A stretch of DNA of 64,000 nt, from NCBI GenBank assembly GCA_963924565.1, contig OZ004614.1:3968001-4032000 (forward strand), in the 5' to 3' direction. A program made the translations under genes and the position numbers. Below the pieces are notes generated by a model. It ran no database searches. It saw only the letters and a program-made list of their open reading frames with translations, and was not told the origin of the DNA. This document shows, piece after piece, positions 1 through 12,500 of the stretch. The stretch is from Ascidiella aspersa (Eukaryota). Position 1 is the stretch's first letter. Each line of letters begins with the position of its first letter.

Positions 1-36
1 ACACGAACCCTTGCTAAAGTTGTTTCTTTAACTTAC

Positions 37-500
37 TTCCAACGCAGTTTCCGCTGATCAGAATGTCGAAAAGTATCTCGGCTGTTCTCGTGAATTCGTC
101 CTCGTGCAAATGAAAGGGTAGATTTAGATCGGCGAGCAGCCTCATTTGATCGAGCGACATGCACTGAAATATAGCATGTGTTTTAAAAGTAGTAAACAAT
201 ATTCTGTAATCTATTTGTAAATACTTCGCTGATCGTTAGACGATTAAGCTATCATTACAAAACGCCTTCACTACTGCATTCATATGCTCAGAATGTAAAA
301 CTCACGAAGAGTCTCACTACTCACGTGAATGCATTCGATTTCACACGTGAAACGCTCCTGCAACTTGCTCGTGAGCGTGACGTAACTAGCCTCATCCACG
401 AAACCCTCGGTGCCCAACAGCTCCGTGAGGTGCGAGAAGCTGTCCTCGTGATCATGATCATGATCGTCATCGTGATCGTCACCTTGATCACCGACTACTT
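37..500 (-). CDS. Module 17 (partial): A 500-325, B 163-37; continues beyond the window
   Basis: Intact exons; the array is cut by the window edge. Confidence 0.83.
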
Positions 501-3500
501 CTGCAATATGACGCCCATGTGGTTCAATTGTAAAAGTTCAATAGAAAATTGTAAACAGCTTAAAATTACTGGAAGGTGGAAAGCTGGCACAAGCGGTGTT
601 TTTAGGTGTTTTTGAGTGAGGAACTTATATTCCAAAGTCAGAAAAAAACTTCTTGTTAAGGTAACAAACCAAATGTTTAAAATAGGTAATTTGTTAATTG
701 GAATTTGATTGCTAGTTAATAAAATAGTGAAAAAAATTGTGGTGTACAATGGTCACACTATATGCTAACACAATAAGCAAACTCAAAACTGAACGTCAAT
801 TCACAAATGTGCTTAAAAAGGAACCTCGAGCTTAAACGAACCTGAATTAGGTACATTTTGCGTTTCTACCCCGAAATGGCGGACGTACGACTTTTGAAGT
901 TGGTCTGTGGTCTGATAAACGCAGTGGCCCTCGAAAAAGTTGGCATGTAGTTGAAAAACGCGCTCATCGACTGTCCTTTCCGCCAGAGTTGAAGCATTAA
1001 AGCACTGCAATGAAGACAGATCGTTTATCGAATTAATGTTAGTCTCGGTGCCGACCGCTTTGGCATTCAGCAGCCTTGGGCATTAAAAAGAGCGCTAATT
1101 AACTATTGCATTTTTGTGGCTACCAATAGCTTTTACAAGGTTGGAAATGTCAGATCATAAGAATGGTAAGCTGGAGTAAATCTACGGCTTGCTGATGTGC
1201 TGAGTTATTTAAACGATCATTACAGGGCGATTATTTTTTGACATAAAAATGAGAAAGTTTGACATAAAAAATTTTAAATTTTGACCAATTTTAAAATTTT
1301 GACCTATAAGAAATACATTGATTTAAACAACATAATGTTGTTTGAAATACTGCATTCGAGTCTTGGCGTCCTCTGCAAGCTCCGTATATAACATATTGCT
1401 CTAATGAAGATAAAATACAGTTAAAATTTCGTTGCATATAACTTAAAGCTAATTTTGTTTGACAAAATGGTAACTGAACGACAATTTCAAAAAACTGACT
1501 AGAGTTTTTCTATTTCGCAAATGATTTTTGAGCATTATTAATCGATTTGACTACAAAACAATTTGACGAACTATGCCTAACGTGTAAATTTTAACAAAGA
1601 TTTTGACTTTTTTGACGAGTCAAAAAATAATCGCCCTAGTCTTAGTAGAAAACACGTCTACCCACCATCTTTGTGTCTTGCTCGTGTTCGTACTTTGGCG
1701 TCAACTTGGCGAGCAGCAGTTCGATTCCCGCCTCGGAAGAAAGGTCAAAAGACGCAAGTGAATCAGGCGAAACTAAGAACCAAACAAATAAGTAATGTTT
1801 AAGTAATATGTAGTAGAATTAAAAAGCCACTAAATATAATGGGAGCCCAAAACACTCTGGTGTTATTTCTTGCGTCCATATACATTACACGAACCCTTGC
1901 TAAAGTTGTTTCTTTAACTTACTTCCAACGCAGTTTCCGCTGACGAGAATGTCGAAAAGTATCTCGGCTGTTCTCGTGAATTCGTCCTCGTGCAAATGAA
2001 AGGGTAGATTTAGATCGGCGAGCAGCCTCATTTGATCGAGCGTCATGCACTGAAATATAGCATGTGTTTTAAAAGTAGTAAACAATATTCTGTAATCTAT
2101 TTGTAAATACTTCGCTGATTGTTAGACGATTAAGCTTTCATTACAAAACGCCTTCACTACCGCATTCATATGCTCAGAATGTAAAACTCACGAAGAGGCT
2201 CACTACTCACGTGAATGCATTCGATTTCACACGTGAAACGCTCCTGCAGCTTGCTCGTGAGCGTGACGTAACTAGCCTCATCCACGAAACCCTCGGTGCC
2301 CAACAGCTCCGTGAGGTGCGAGAAGCTGTCCTCGTGATCATGATGATGATCGTCATCGTGATCGTCACCTTGATCACCGACTACTTCTGCAATATGACGC
2401 CCGTTTGGTTCAATTGTAAATGTTCAATAGAAAATTGTAAACAGCTTAAAATTACTGGAAGGTGGAAAACTGGCACAAGCGGTGTTTTTAGGTGTTTTTG
2501 AGTGACGTACTTATATTCCAAAGTCAGAAAAAAATTCTTGTTAAGGTAACTAACCCAATGTTTTAAATAGGTAATTTGTTAATTGGAATTTGATTGCTAG
2601 TTAAAAAAAAACAGTGAAAAAAATTGTGGTGTACAATGGTTATTATATGCTAACACAATAAGCAAACTCAAAACTGAACGTCAATTCACAAATGCGCATC
2701 AAAAAGTAACCTCGAGCTTAAACGAACCTGAATTAGGTACATTTTGCGTTTCTACCCCGAAATGTCGGACGTACGACTTTTGAAGTTGGTCTGTGGTCTG
2801 ATAAACGCAGTGGCCCTCGAAAAAGTTGGCGTGTAGTTGAAAAACGCGCTCATCGACCGTCCTTTCCGCCAGAGTTGAAGCATTAAAGCACTGCAATGAA
2901 GACAGTTCGTTTATCGAATTAATGTTAGTCTCGGTGCCGACCGCTTTGGCATTCAGCAGCCTTGGGCATTAAAAAGAGCGCTAATTAACTATTGCATTTT
3001 TGTGACTACCACTAGCTTTGACAAGGTTGGAAATGTCAGATCATAAGAATGGTAAGCTGTAGTTAATCTACGGCTTGCTGATGTGCTGAGTTATTTAAAC
3101 GATCATAAGTAGGGCGATTATTTTTTGACATAAAAATGAGAAAGTTTGACATAAAAAATATTGAATTTTGACCAATTTTAAAATTTTGACCTATAAGAAA
3201 TACATTAATTTAAACAACATAATGTTGTTTGAAATACTGCATTAGTGTCTTGGCGTCTTCTGCAAGCTCCGTATATAACATATTGCTCTAATGAAGATGA
3301 AATACAGTTAAAATTTCGTTGAATATAACTTAAAGTTAATTTTGTTTGACAATATGGTAACTGAACGACAATTTCAAAAACTGACTAGAGTTTTTCTATT
3401 TCGCAAATGATTTTTGAGCATTATTAATCGATTTTGACTGCAAAACAATTTGACAAACTTTGCCTAACGTGTAAATTTTAACAAAGCTTTTGACTTTTTT

Positions 3501-6500
3501 AACGAGTCAAAAAATAATCGCCCTATAGTCTTAGTAGAAAACACGTCTACCCACCATCTTTGTGTCTTGCTCGTGTTCGTACTTTGGCGTCAACTTGGCG
3601 AGCAGCAGTTCGATTTCCGCCTCGGAAGAAAGGTCAAAAGACGCAACTGAATCAGGCGAAACTAAGAACCAAACAAATAAATAATGTTTAAGTAATATGT
3701 AGTAGAATTAAAAATCCACCAATTATAATGGGAGCCCAAAACACCCTGGTTTTAATTCTTGCGTCCATATACATTACACGAACCCTTGCTAAAGTTGTTT
3801 CTTCAACTTACTTCCAACGCAGTTTCCGCTGATCAGAATGTCGAAAAGTATCTCGGCTGTTCTCGTGAATTCGTCCTCGTGCAAATGAAAGGGTAGATTT
3901 AGATCGGCGAGCAGCCTCATTTGATCGAGAGACATGCACTGAAATATAGCATGTGTTTTAAAAGTAGTAAACAATATTCTGTAATCTATTTGTAATACTT
4001 CGCTGATTGTTAGACGATTAAGCTTTCATTACAAAACGCCTTCACTACCGCATTCACATGTTCAGAATGTAAAACTCACCAAGAGGCTCACTACTCACGT
4101 GAATGCATTCGATTTCACACGTGAAACGCTCCTGCAACTTGCTCGTGAGCGTGACGTAACTAGCCTCATCCACGAAACCCTCGGTGCCCAACAGCTCCGT
4201 GAGGTGCGAGAAGCTGTCCTCGTGACCATGATCATGATCGTCATCGTGATCGTCACCTTGATCAACGACTACTTCTGCAATATGACGCCGTTATGGTTCA
4301 ATTGTAAATGTTCAATAGAAAATTGTAAACAGCTTAAAATTACTGGAAGATGGAAAACTGGCACAAGCGGTGTTTTTAGGTGGTTTGAATGACGTACTTA
4401 TATTCCAAAGTCAGCAAAAAACTTCTTGTTAAGGTAATTAACCAAATGTTTAAAATAGGTCATTTTGTTAATTGGAATTTGATTGCTAGTTAAAAAAAAA
4501 ACAACAGTGAAACAAATTGTGGTGTACAATGGTCATTATATGCTAACACAAAAAGAAAACTCAAAACTGAACGTTAATTCACAAATGCGCATCAAAAAGT
4601 AACCTCGATCTTAAACTAACCTGAATTAGGTACATTTTGCGTTTCTACCCCGAAATGGCGGACGTTCGACTTTTGAAGTTGGTCTGTGGTCTGATAAACG
4701 CAGTGGCCCTCGAAAAAGTTGGCATGTAGTTGAAAAACGCGCTCATCGACTGTCCTTTCCGCCAGAGTTGAAGCATTAAAGCACTGCAATAAAACAGTTC
4801 GTTTATCGAATTAATGTTAGTCTCGGTGCCGACCGCTTTGGCAATCAGCAGCCTTGGGCATTAAAAAGAGCGCTAATTAACTATTGCATTTTTGTGGCTA
4901 CCAATAGCTTTGACAAGGTTGGAAATGTCAGATCATAAGAACGATAAGCTGGAGTTAATCTACGGCTTGCTGATGTGCTGAGTTATTTAAACGATCATAA
5001 GTAGGGCGATTATTTTTTGACATAAAAATGAGAAAGTTGACATAAAAAATGTTAAACTTTGACCAATTTTAAAATTTTGACCTATAAGAAATACATTGAT
5101 TTAAACAACATAATGTTGTTTGAAATACTGCATTAGTGTCTTGGCGTCCTCTGCAAGCTCCGTATATAACATATTGCTCTAATGAAGATAAAATAAAGTT
5201 AAAATTTTGTTGAATATAACTTAAAATTAATTTTGTTTGACAAAATGGTAACTGAACGACAATTTCAAAAAACTAACTAGAGTTTTTCTATTTCGCAAAT
5301 GATTTTTGAGCATTATTAATCGATTTTGACTACAAAACAATTTGACGAACTATACTTAACGTGCAAATTTTAACAAAGATTTTGACTTGTTTGACGAGTG
5401 AAAAAATAATCGCCCTATAGTCTTAGTAGAAAACACGTCTACCCACCATCTTTGTATCTTGCTCGTGTTCGTACTTTGGCGTCAACTTGGCGAGCAGCAG
5501 TTCGATTCCCGCCTCGGAAGAAAGGTCAAAAGACGCAACTGAATCAGGCGAAACTAAGAACCAAACAAATAAGTAATGTTTAAGTAATATGTAGTAGAAT
5601 TAAAAAGCCACTAAATATAATGGGAGCCCAAAACACCCTGCTGTTATTTCTTGCGTCCATATACATTACACGAACCCTTGCTAAAGTTGTTTCTTTAACT
5701 TACTTCCAACGCAGTTTCCGCTGATCAGAATGTCGAAAAGTATCTCGGCTGTTCTCGTGAATTCGTCCTCGTGCAAATGAAAGGGTAGATTTAGATCGGC
5801 GAGCAGCTTCATTTGATCGAGCGACATGCACTGAAATATAGCATGTGTTTTAAAACTAGTAAACAATATTCTGTAATCTATTTGTAAATATTTCGCTGAT
5901 TGTTAGACGATTAAGCTTTCATTACAAAACGCCTTCACTACCGCATTCATATGCTCAGAATGTAAAACTCACGAAGAGGCTCACTACTCACGTGAATGCA
6001 TTCGATTTCACACGTGAAACGCTCCTGCAACTTGCTCGTGAGCGTGACGTAACTAGCCTCATCCACGAAACCCTCGGTGCCCAACAGCTCCGTGAGGTGC
6101 GAGAAGCTGTCCTCGTGACCATGATCATGATCGTCATCGTGATCGTCACCTTGATCACCGACTACTTCTGCAATATGACGCCCGTTTGGTTCAATTGTAA
6201 ATGTTCAATAGAAAATTGTGAACAGCTTAAAGATACTGGAAGGTGGAAAACTGGCACAAGCGGTGTTTTTAGGTGTTTTGAAGGATGTACTTATATTCCA
6301 AAGTCAGAAAAAAACTTCTTGTTAAGGTAACTAACCAAATGTTTAAAATAGGTCATTTGTTAATTGGAATTTGATTTCTAGTTAAAAAAAAAACAGTGAA
6401 AAAAATTGTGGTGTACAATGGTCATTATATGCTAACACAATAAGCAAACTCAAAATTGAACGTCAATTTACAAATGCGCATCAAAAAGTAATCTCGAACT

Positions 6501-9500
6501 TAAACGAACCTGAATATGGTACATTTTGCGTTTCTACCCCGAAATGGCGGACGTTCGACTTTTGAAGTTGGTCTGTGGTCTGATAAACGCAGTGGCCCTC
6601 GAAAAAATTGGCGTGTAGTTGAAAAACGCGCTCATCGACCGTCCTTTCCGCCAGAGTTGAAGCATTGAAGCACTGCAATAAAACAGTTCGTTTATCGAAT
6701 TAATGTTAGTCTCGGTGCCGACCGCTTTGGCATTCAGCAGCCTTGGGCATTAAAAAGAGCGCTAATTAACTATTGCATTTTTGTGGCTACCACTAGCTTT
6801 TACAAGGTTGGAAATGTCAGATCATAAGACCGGTAAGCTGGTGTAAATCTACGGCTTGCTGATGTGCTGAGTTATTTAAACGATCACATGTAGGGCGATT
6901 ATTTTTTAAAATAAAAATGAGAAAGTTTGACATAAAAAATGTTAAATTTTGACCAATTTTAAAAATTTGACCTACAAGAAATACATTGATTTAAACAACA
7001 TAATGTTGTTTGAAATACTGCATTCGAGTCTTGGCGTCCTCTGCAAGCTCCGTATATAACATATTGCTCTAATGAAGATAAAATACAGTTAAAATTTCGT
7101 TGAATATAACTTAAAATTAATTTTGTTTGACAAAATGGTAACTGAACGACAATTTCAAAAAACTGACTAAAGTTTTTCTATTTCGCAAATGATTTTTGAG
7201 CATTATTAATCGATCTTGACTACAAAACAATTTGACAAACTTTGCCTAACGTGCAAATTTTAACAAAGATTTTGACTTTTTTGACGAGTCAAAAAATAAT
7301 CGCCCTAGTCTTAGTAGAAAACACGTCTACTCACCATCTTTGTGTCTTGCTCGTGTTCGTACTTTGGCGTCAACTTGGCGAGCAGCAGTTCGATTCCCGC
7401 CTCGGAAAAAAGGTCAAAAGACGCAACTGAATCAGGCGAAACTAAGAACCACACAAATAAATAATGTTTAAGTAATATGTAGTAGAATTAAAAAGCCACT
7501 AAATATAATGGGAGCCCAAAACACCCTTCTGTTATTTCTTGCGTCCATATACATTACACGAACCCTTGCTAAAGTTGTTTCTTCAACTTACTTCCAACGC
7601 AGTTTCCGCTGATCAGAATGTCGAAAAGTATCTCGGCTGTTCTCGTGAATTCCTCCTCGTGCAAATGAAAGGGTAGATTTAGATCGGCGAGCAGCTTCAT
7701 TTGATCGAGCGACATGCACTGAAATATAGCATGTGTTTTAAAAGTAGTAAACAATATTCTGTAATCTATTGGTAAATACTTCGCTGATTGTTACACGATT
7801 AAGCTTTCATTACAAAACACCTTCACTACCGCATTCATATGCTCAGAATGTAAAACTCACGAAGAGGCTCACTACTCACGTGAATGCATTCGATTTCACA
7901 CGTGAAACGCTCCTGCAACTTGCTCGTGAGCGTGACGTAACTAGCCTCATCCACGAAACCCTCGGTGCCCAACAGCTCCGTGAGGTGCGAGAAGCTGTCC
8001 TCGTGATCATGATGATGATCGTCATCGTGATCGTCACCTTGATCACCGACTACTTCTGCAATATGACGCCCGTTTGGTTCAATTGTAAAAGTTCAATAGA
8101 AAATTGTCAACAGCTTAAAATTACTGGAAGGTGGAAAGCTGGCACAAGCGGTGTTTTTAGGTGTTTTTGAGTGAGGAACTTATATTCCAAAGTCAGAAAA
8201 AAACTTCTTCTTAAGGTAACAAACCAAATGTTTAAAATAGGTAATTTGTTAATTGGAGTTTGATTGCTAGTTAATAAAATAGTGAAAAAAATTGTGGTGC
8301 ACAATGGTCACACTATATGCTAACACAATAAGCAAACTCAAAACTGAACGTCAATTCACAAATGCGCATCAAAAAGTAACCTCGAGCTTAAACGAACCTG
8401 AATTAGGTACATTTTGCGTTTCTACCCCGAAATGGCGGACGTACGACTTTTGAAGTTGGTCTGTGGTCTGATAAACGCAGTGGCCCTCGAAAAAGTTGGC
8501 ATGTAGTTGAAAAACGCGCTCATCGACTGTCCTTTCCGCCAGAGTTGAAGCATTGAAGCACTGCAATAAAACAGTTCGTTTATCGAATTAATGTTAGTCT
8601 CGGTGCCGACCGCTTTGGCATTCAGCAGCCTTGGGCATTAAAAAGAGCGCTAATTAACTATTACATTTTTGTGGCTACCACTAGCTTTTACAAGGTTGGA
8701 AATGTCAGATAATAAGAACGGTAAGCTGGAGTAAATCTACGGCTTGCTGATGTGCTGAGTTATTTAAACGATCATAAGTAGGGCGATTATTTTTTGAGAT
8801 AAAAATGAGAAAGATTGTTTTGTAGTCAAAAAGTCTTAGTAGAAAACACGTCTACCCACCATCTTTGTGCCTTGCTCGTGTTCGTACTTTGGCGTCAACT
8901 TGGCGAGCAGCAGTTCGATTCCCGCCTCGGAAGAAAGGTCAAAAGACGCAACTGAATCAGGCGAAACTAAGAACCAAACAAATAAATGATGTTTAAGTAA
9001 TATGTAGTAGAATTAAAAAGCCACTAAATATAATGGGAGCCAAAAACACCCTGGTGTTAATTCTTGCGTCCATATACATTGCACGAACCCTTGCTAAAGT
9101 TGTTTCTTTAACTTACTTCCAACGCAGTTTCCGCTGATCAGAATGTCGAAAAGTATCTCGGCTGTTCTCGTGAATTCGTCCTCGTGCAAATGAAAGGGTA
9201 GATTTAGATCGGCGAGCAGCTTCATTTGATCGAGCGACATGCACTGAAATATAGCATGTGTTTTAAAAGTAGTAAACAATATTCTGTAATATATTTGTAA
9301 ATACTTCGCTGATTGTTAGACGATTAAGCTTTCATTACAAAACGCCTTCACTACCGCATTCAAATGCTCAGAATGTAAAACTCACGAAGAGGCTCACTAC
9401 TCACGTGAATGCATTCGGTTTCACACGTGAAACGCTCCTGCAACTTGCTCGTGAGCGTGACGTAACTAGCCTCATCCACGAAACCCTCGGTGCCCAACAG

Positions 9501-12500
9501 CTCCGTGAGGTGCGTGAAGCTGTCCTCGTTATCATGATCATGATCGTCATCGTGATCGTCACCTTGATCACCGACTACTTCTGCAATGTGACGCCCGTTT
9601 GGTTCAATTGTAAATGTTCAATAGAAAATTGTCAACAGCTTAAAATTACTGGAAGGTGGAAAACTGGCACAAGCGGTGTTTTTAGGTGTTTTTGAGTGAG
9701 GTACTTATATTCCAAAGTCAGAAAAAAACTTCTTGTTAAGGTAACAAACCAAATGTTTAAAATAGGCAATTTTGTTAATTGGAATTTGATTACTAGTTAA
9801 AAAAAAAAGTGAAAAAAATTGTGGTGTACAATGGTCATTATATGCTAACACAATAAGCAAACTCAAAACTAAACGTCAATTCACAAATGCGCATCAAAAA
9901 GTAACCTCGAGCTTAAACGAACCTAAATTAGGTACATTTTGCGTTTCCACCCCGAAATGGCGGACGTTCGACTTTTGAAGTTGGTCTGTGGTCTGATAAA
10001 CGCAGTGGCCTTTGAAAAAATTGGCGTGTAGTTGAAAAACGCGCTCATCAACTGTCCTTTCCGCCAGAGTTGAAGCATTAAACCACTGCAATGAAGACAG
10101 TTCGTTTATCGAATTAATGTTAGTCTCGGTGCCGACCGCTTTGGCAATCAGCAGCCTTGGGCATTAAAAAGAGCGCTAATTAACTATTGCATTTTTGTGA
10201 CTACCACTAGCTTTTACAAGGTTGGAAATGTCAGATCATACGAACGGTAAGCTGAAGTTAATCTTCGGCTTGCTGATGTGCTGAATTATTTAAACGATCA
10301 TAAATAGGGCGATTATTTTTTGACATAAAATGAGAAAGTTTGACATAAAAAATGTTAAATTTTGAAAAATTTTAAAATTTTGACCTATAAGAAATACATT
10401 GATTTAAACAACACAATGTTGTTTGAAATACTGCAGTAGTGTCTTGGCGTCCTCTGCAAGCTCCGTATATAACATATTGCTCTAATGAAGATAAAATACA
10501 GTTAAAATTTCGTTGAATATAACTTAAAATTAATTTTGTTTGACAAAATGTTAACTGAACGACAATTTCAAAAAACTGACTAGAGTTTTTCTATTTCGCA
10601 AATGATTTTTGAGCATTATTAATCGATTTTGACTACAAAACAATTTGAAAAACTTTATCTAACGTGTAAATTTTAACAAAGTTTTTGAATTTTTTGACGA
10701 GTCAAAAAATAATCGCCTTAGTCTTAGTAGAAAACACGTCTACCCACCATCTTTGTGTCTTGCTCGTGTTCGTACTTTGGCGTCAACTTGGCGAGCAGCA
10801 GTTCGATTCCCGCCTCGGAAGAAAGGTCAAAAGACGCAACTGAATCAGACGAAACTAAGAACCAAACAAATAAATAATGTTTAAGTAATATGTAGTAGAA
10901 TTAAAAAGCCACTAAATATAATGGGAGCCCAAAACACCCTGGTGTTATTTCTTGCGTCCATATACATTACACGAACCCTTGCTAAAGTTGTTTCTTTAAC
11001 TTACTTCCAACGCAGTTTCCGCTGATCAGAATGTCGAAAAGTATCTCGGCTGTTCTCGTGAATTCGTCCTCGTGCAAATGAAAGGGTAGATTTAGATCGG
11101 CGAGCAGCCTCATTTGATCGAGCGACATGCACTGAAATATAGCATGTGTTTTAAAAGTAGTAAACAATATTCTGTAATCTATTTGTAAATACTTCGCTGA
11201 TCGTTAGACGATTAAGCTATCATTACAAAACGCCTTCACTACTGCATTCATATGCTCAGAATGTAAAACTCACGAAGAGGCTCACTACTCACGTGAATGC
11301 ATTCGATTTCACACGTGAAACGCTCCTGCAACTTGCTCGTGAGCGTGACGTAACTAGCCTCATCCACGAAACCCTCGGTGCCCAACAGCTCCGTGAGGTG
11401 CGAGAAGCTGTCCTCGTGATCATGATCATGATCGTCATCGTGATCGTCACCTTGATCACCGACTACTTCTGCAATATGACGCCCGTTTGGTTCAATTGTA
11501 AATGTTCAATAGAAAATTGTAAACAGCTTAAAATTACTGGAAGGTGGAAAACTGGCACAAGCGGTGTTTTTATGTGTTTTGAATGACGTACTTATATTCC
11601 AAAGTCAGAAAAAACTTCTTGTTAAGGTAACAAACCAAATGTTTAAAATAGGTAATTTTGTTAATTGGAATTTGATTACTAGTTAAAAAAAAAACAGTGA
11701 AAAAAATTGTGGTGTACAATGGTCATTATATGCTAACACAATAAGCAAACTCAAAACTGAACGTCAATTCACAAATGCGCATCAAAAAGTAACCTCGAGC
11801 TTAAACGAACCTGAATTAGGTACATTTTGCGTTTCTACCCCGAAATGGCGGACGTTCGACTTTTGAAGTTGGTCTGTGGTCTGATAAACGCAGTGGCCCT
11901 CGAAAAAGTTGGCATGTAGTTGAAAAACGCGCTCATCGACTGTCCTTTCCGCCAGAGTTGAAGCATTAAAGCACTGCAATGAAGACAGTTCGTTTATCGA
12001 ATTAATGTTAGTCTCGGTGCCGACCGCTTTGGCAATCAGCAGCCTTGGGCATTAAAAAGAGCGCTAATTAACTATTGCATTTTTGTGACTACCACTAGCT
12101 TTTACAAAGTTGGAAATGTCAGATCATAAGAATGGTAAGCTGTAGTTAATCTACGGCTTGCTGATGTGCTGAGTTATTTAAACGATCATAAGTAGGGCGA
12201 TTATTTTTTGACATGAAATGAGAAAGTTTGACATAAAAAATGTTAAATTTTGAAAAATTTTAAAATTTTGACCTATAAGAAATACATTGATTTAAACAAC
12301 ACAATGTTGTTTGAAATACTGCAGTAGTGTCTTGGCGTCCTCTGCAAGCTCCGTATATAACATATTGCTCTAATGAAGATAAAATACAGTTAAAATTTCG
12401 TTGAATATAACTTAAAATTAATTTTGTTTGACAAAATGGTAACTGAACGACAATTTCAAAAAACTGACTAGAGTTTTTCTATTTCGCAAATGATTTTTGA

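Noticed and set aside
325-615. Recurrent + strand ORFs MNAFDFTRETLL...[11 protein letters not shown] resembling small membrane proteins (also at 56205 and 50866)
   Set aside because: Antisense shadows of the His/Asp exons: GATCAC/GATCAT repeats read as Val/Ile/Met. They mostly start at GTG and have variable ends.
14-1010. 61-aa and 65-aa minus-strand ORFs as stand-alone small genes
   Set aside because: They are exons B and D plus intronic read-through. Similarity to the ZIP stops exactly at the AG/GT boundaries, and their starts are TTG.
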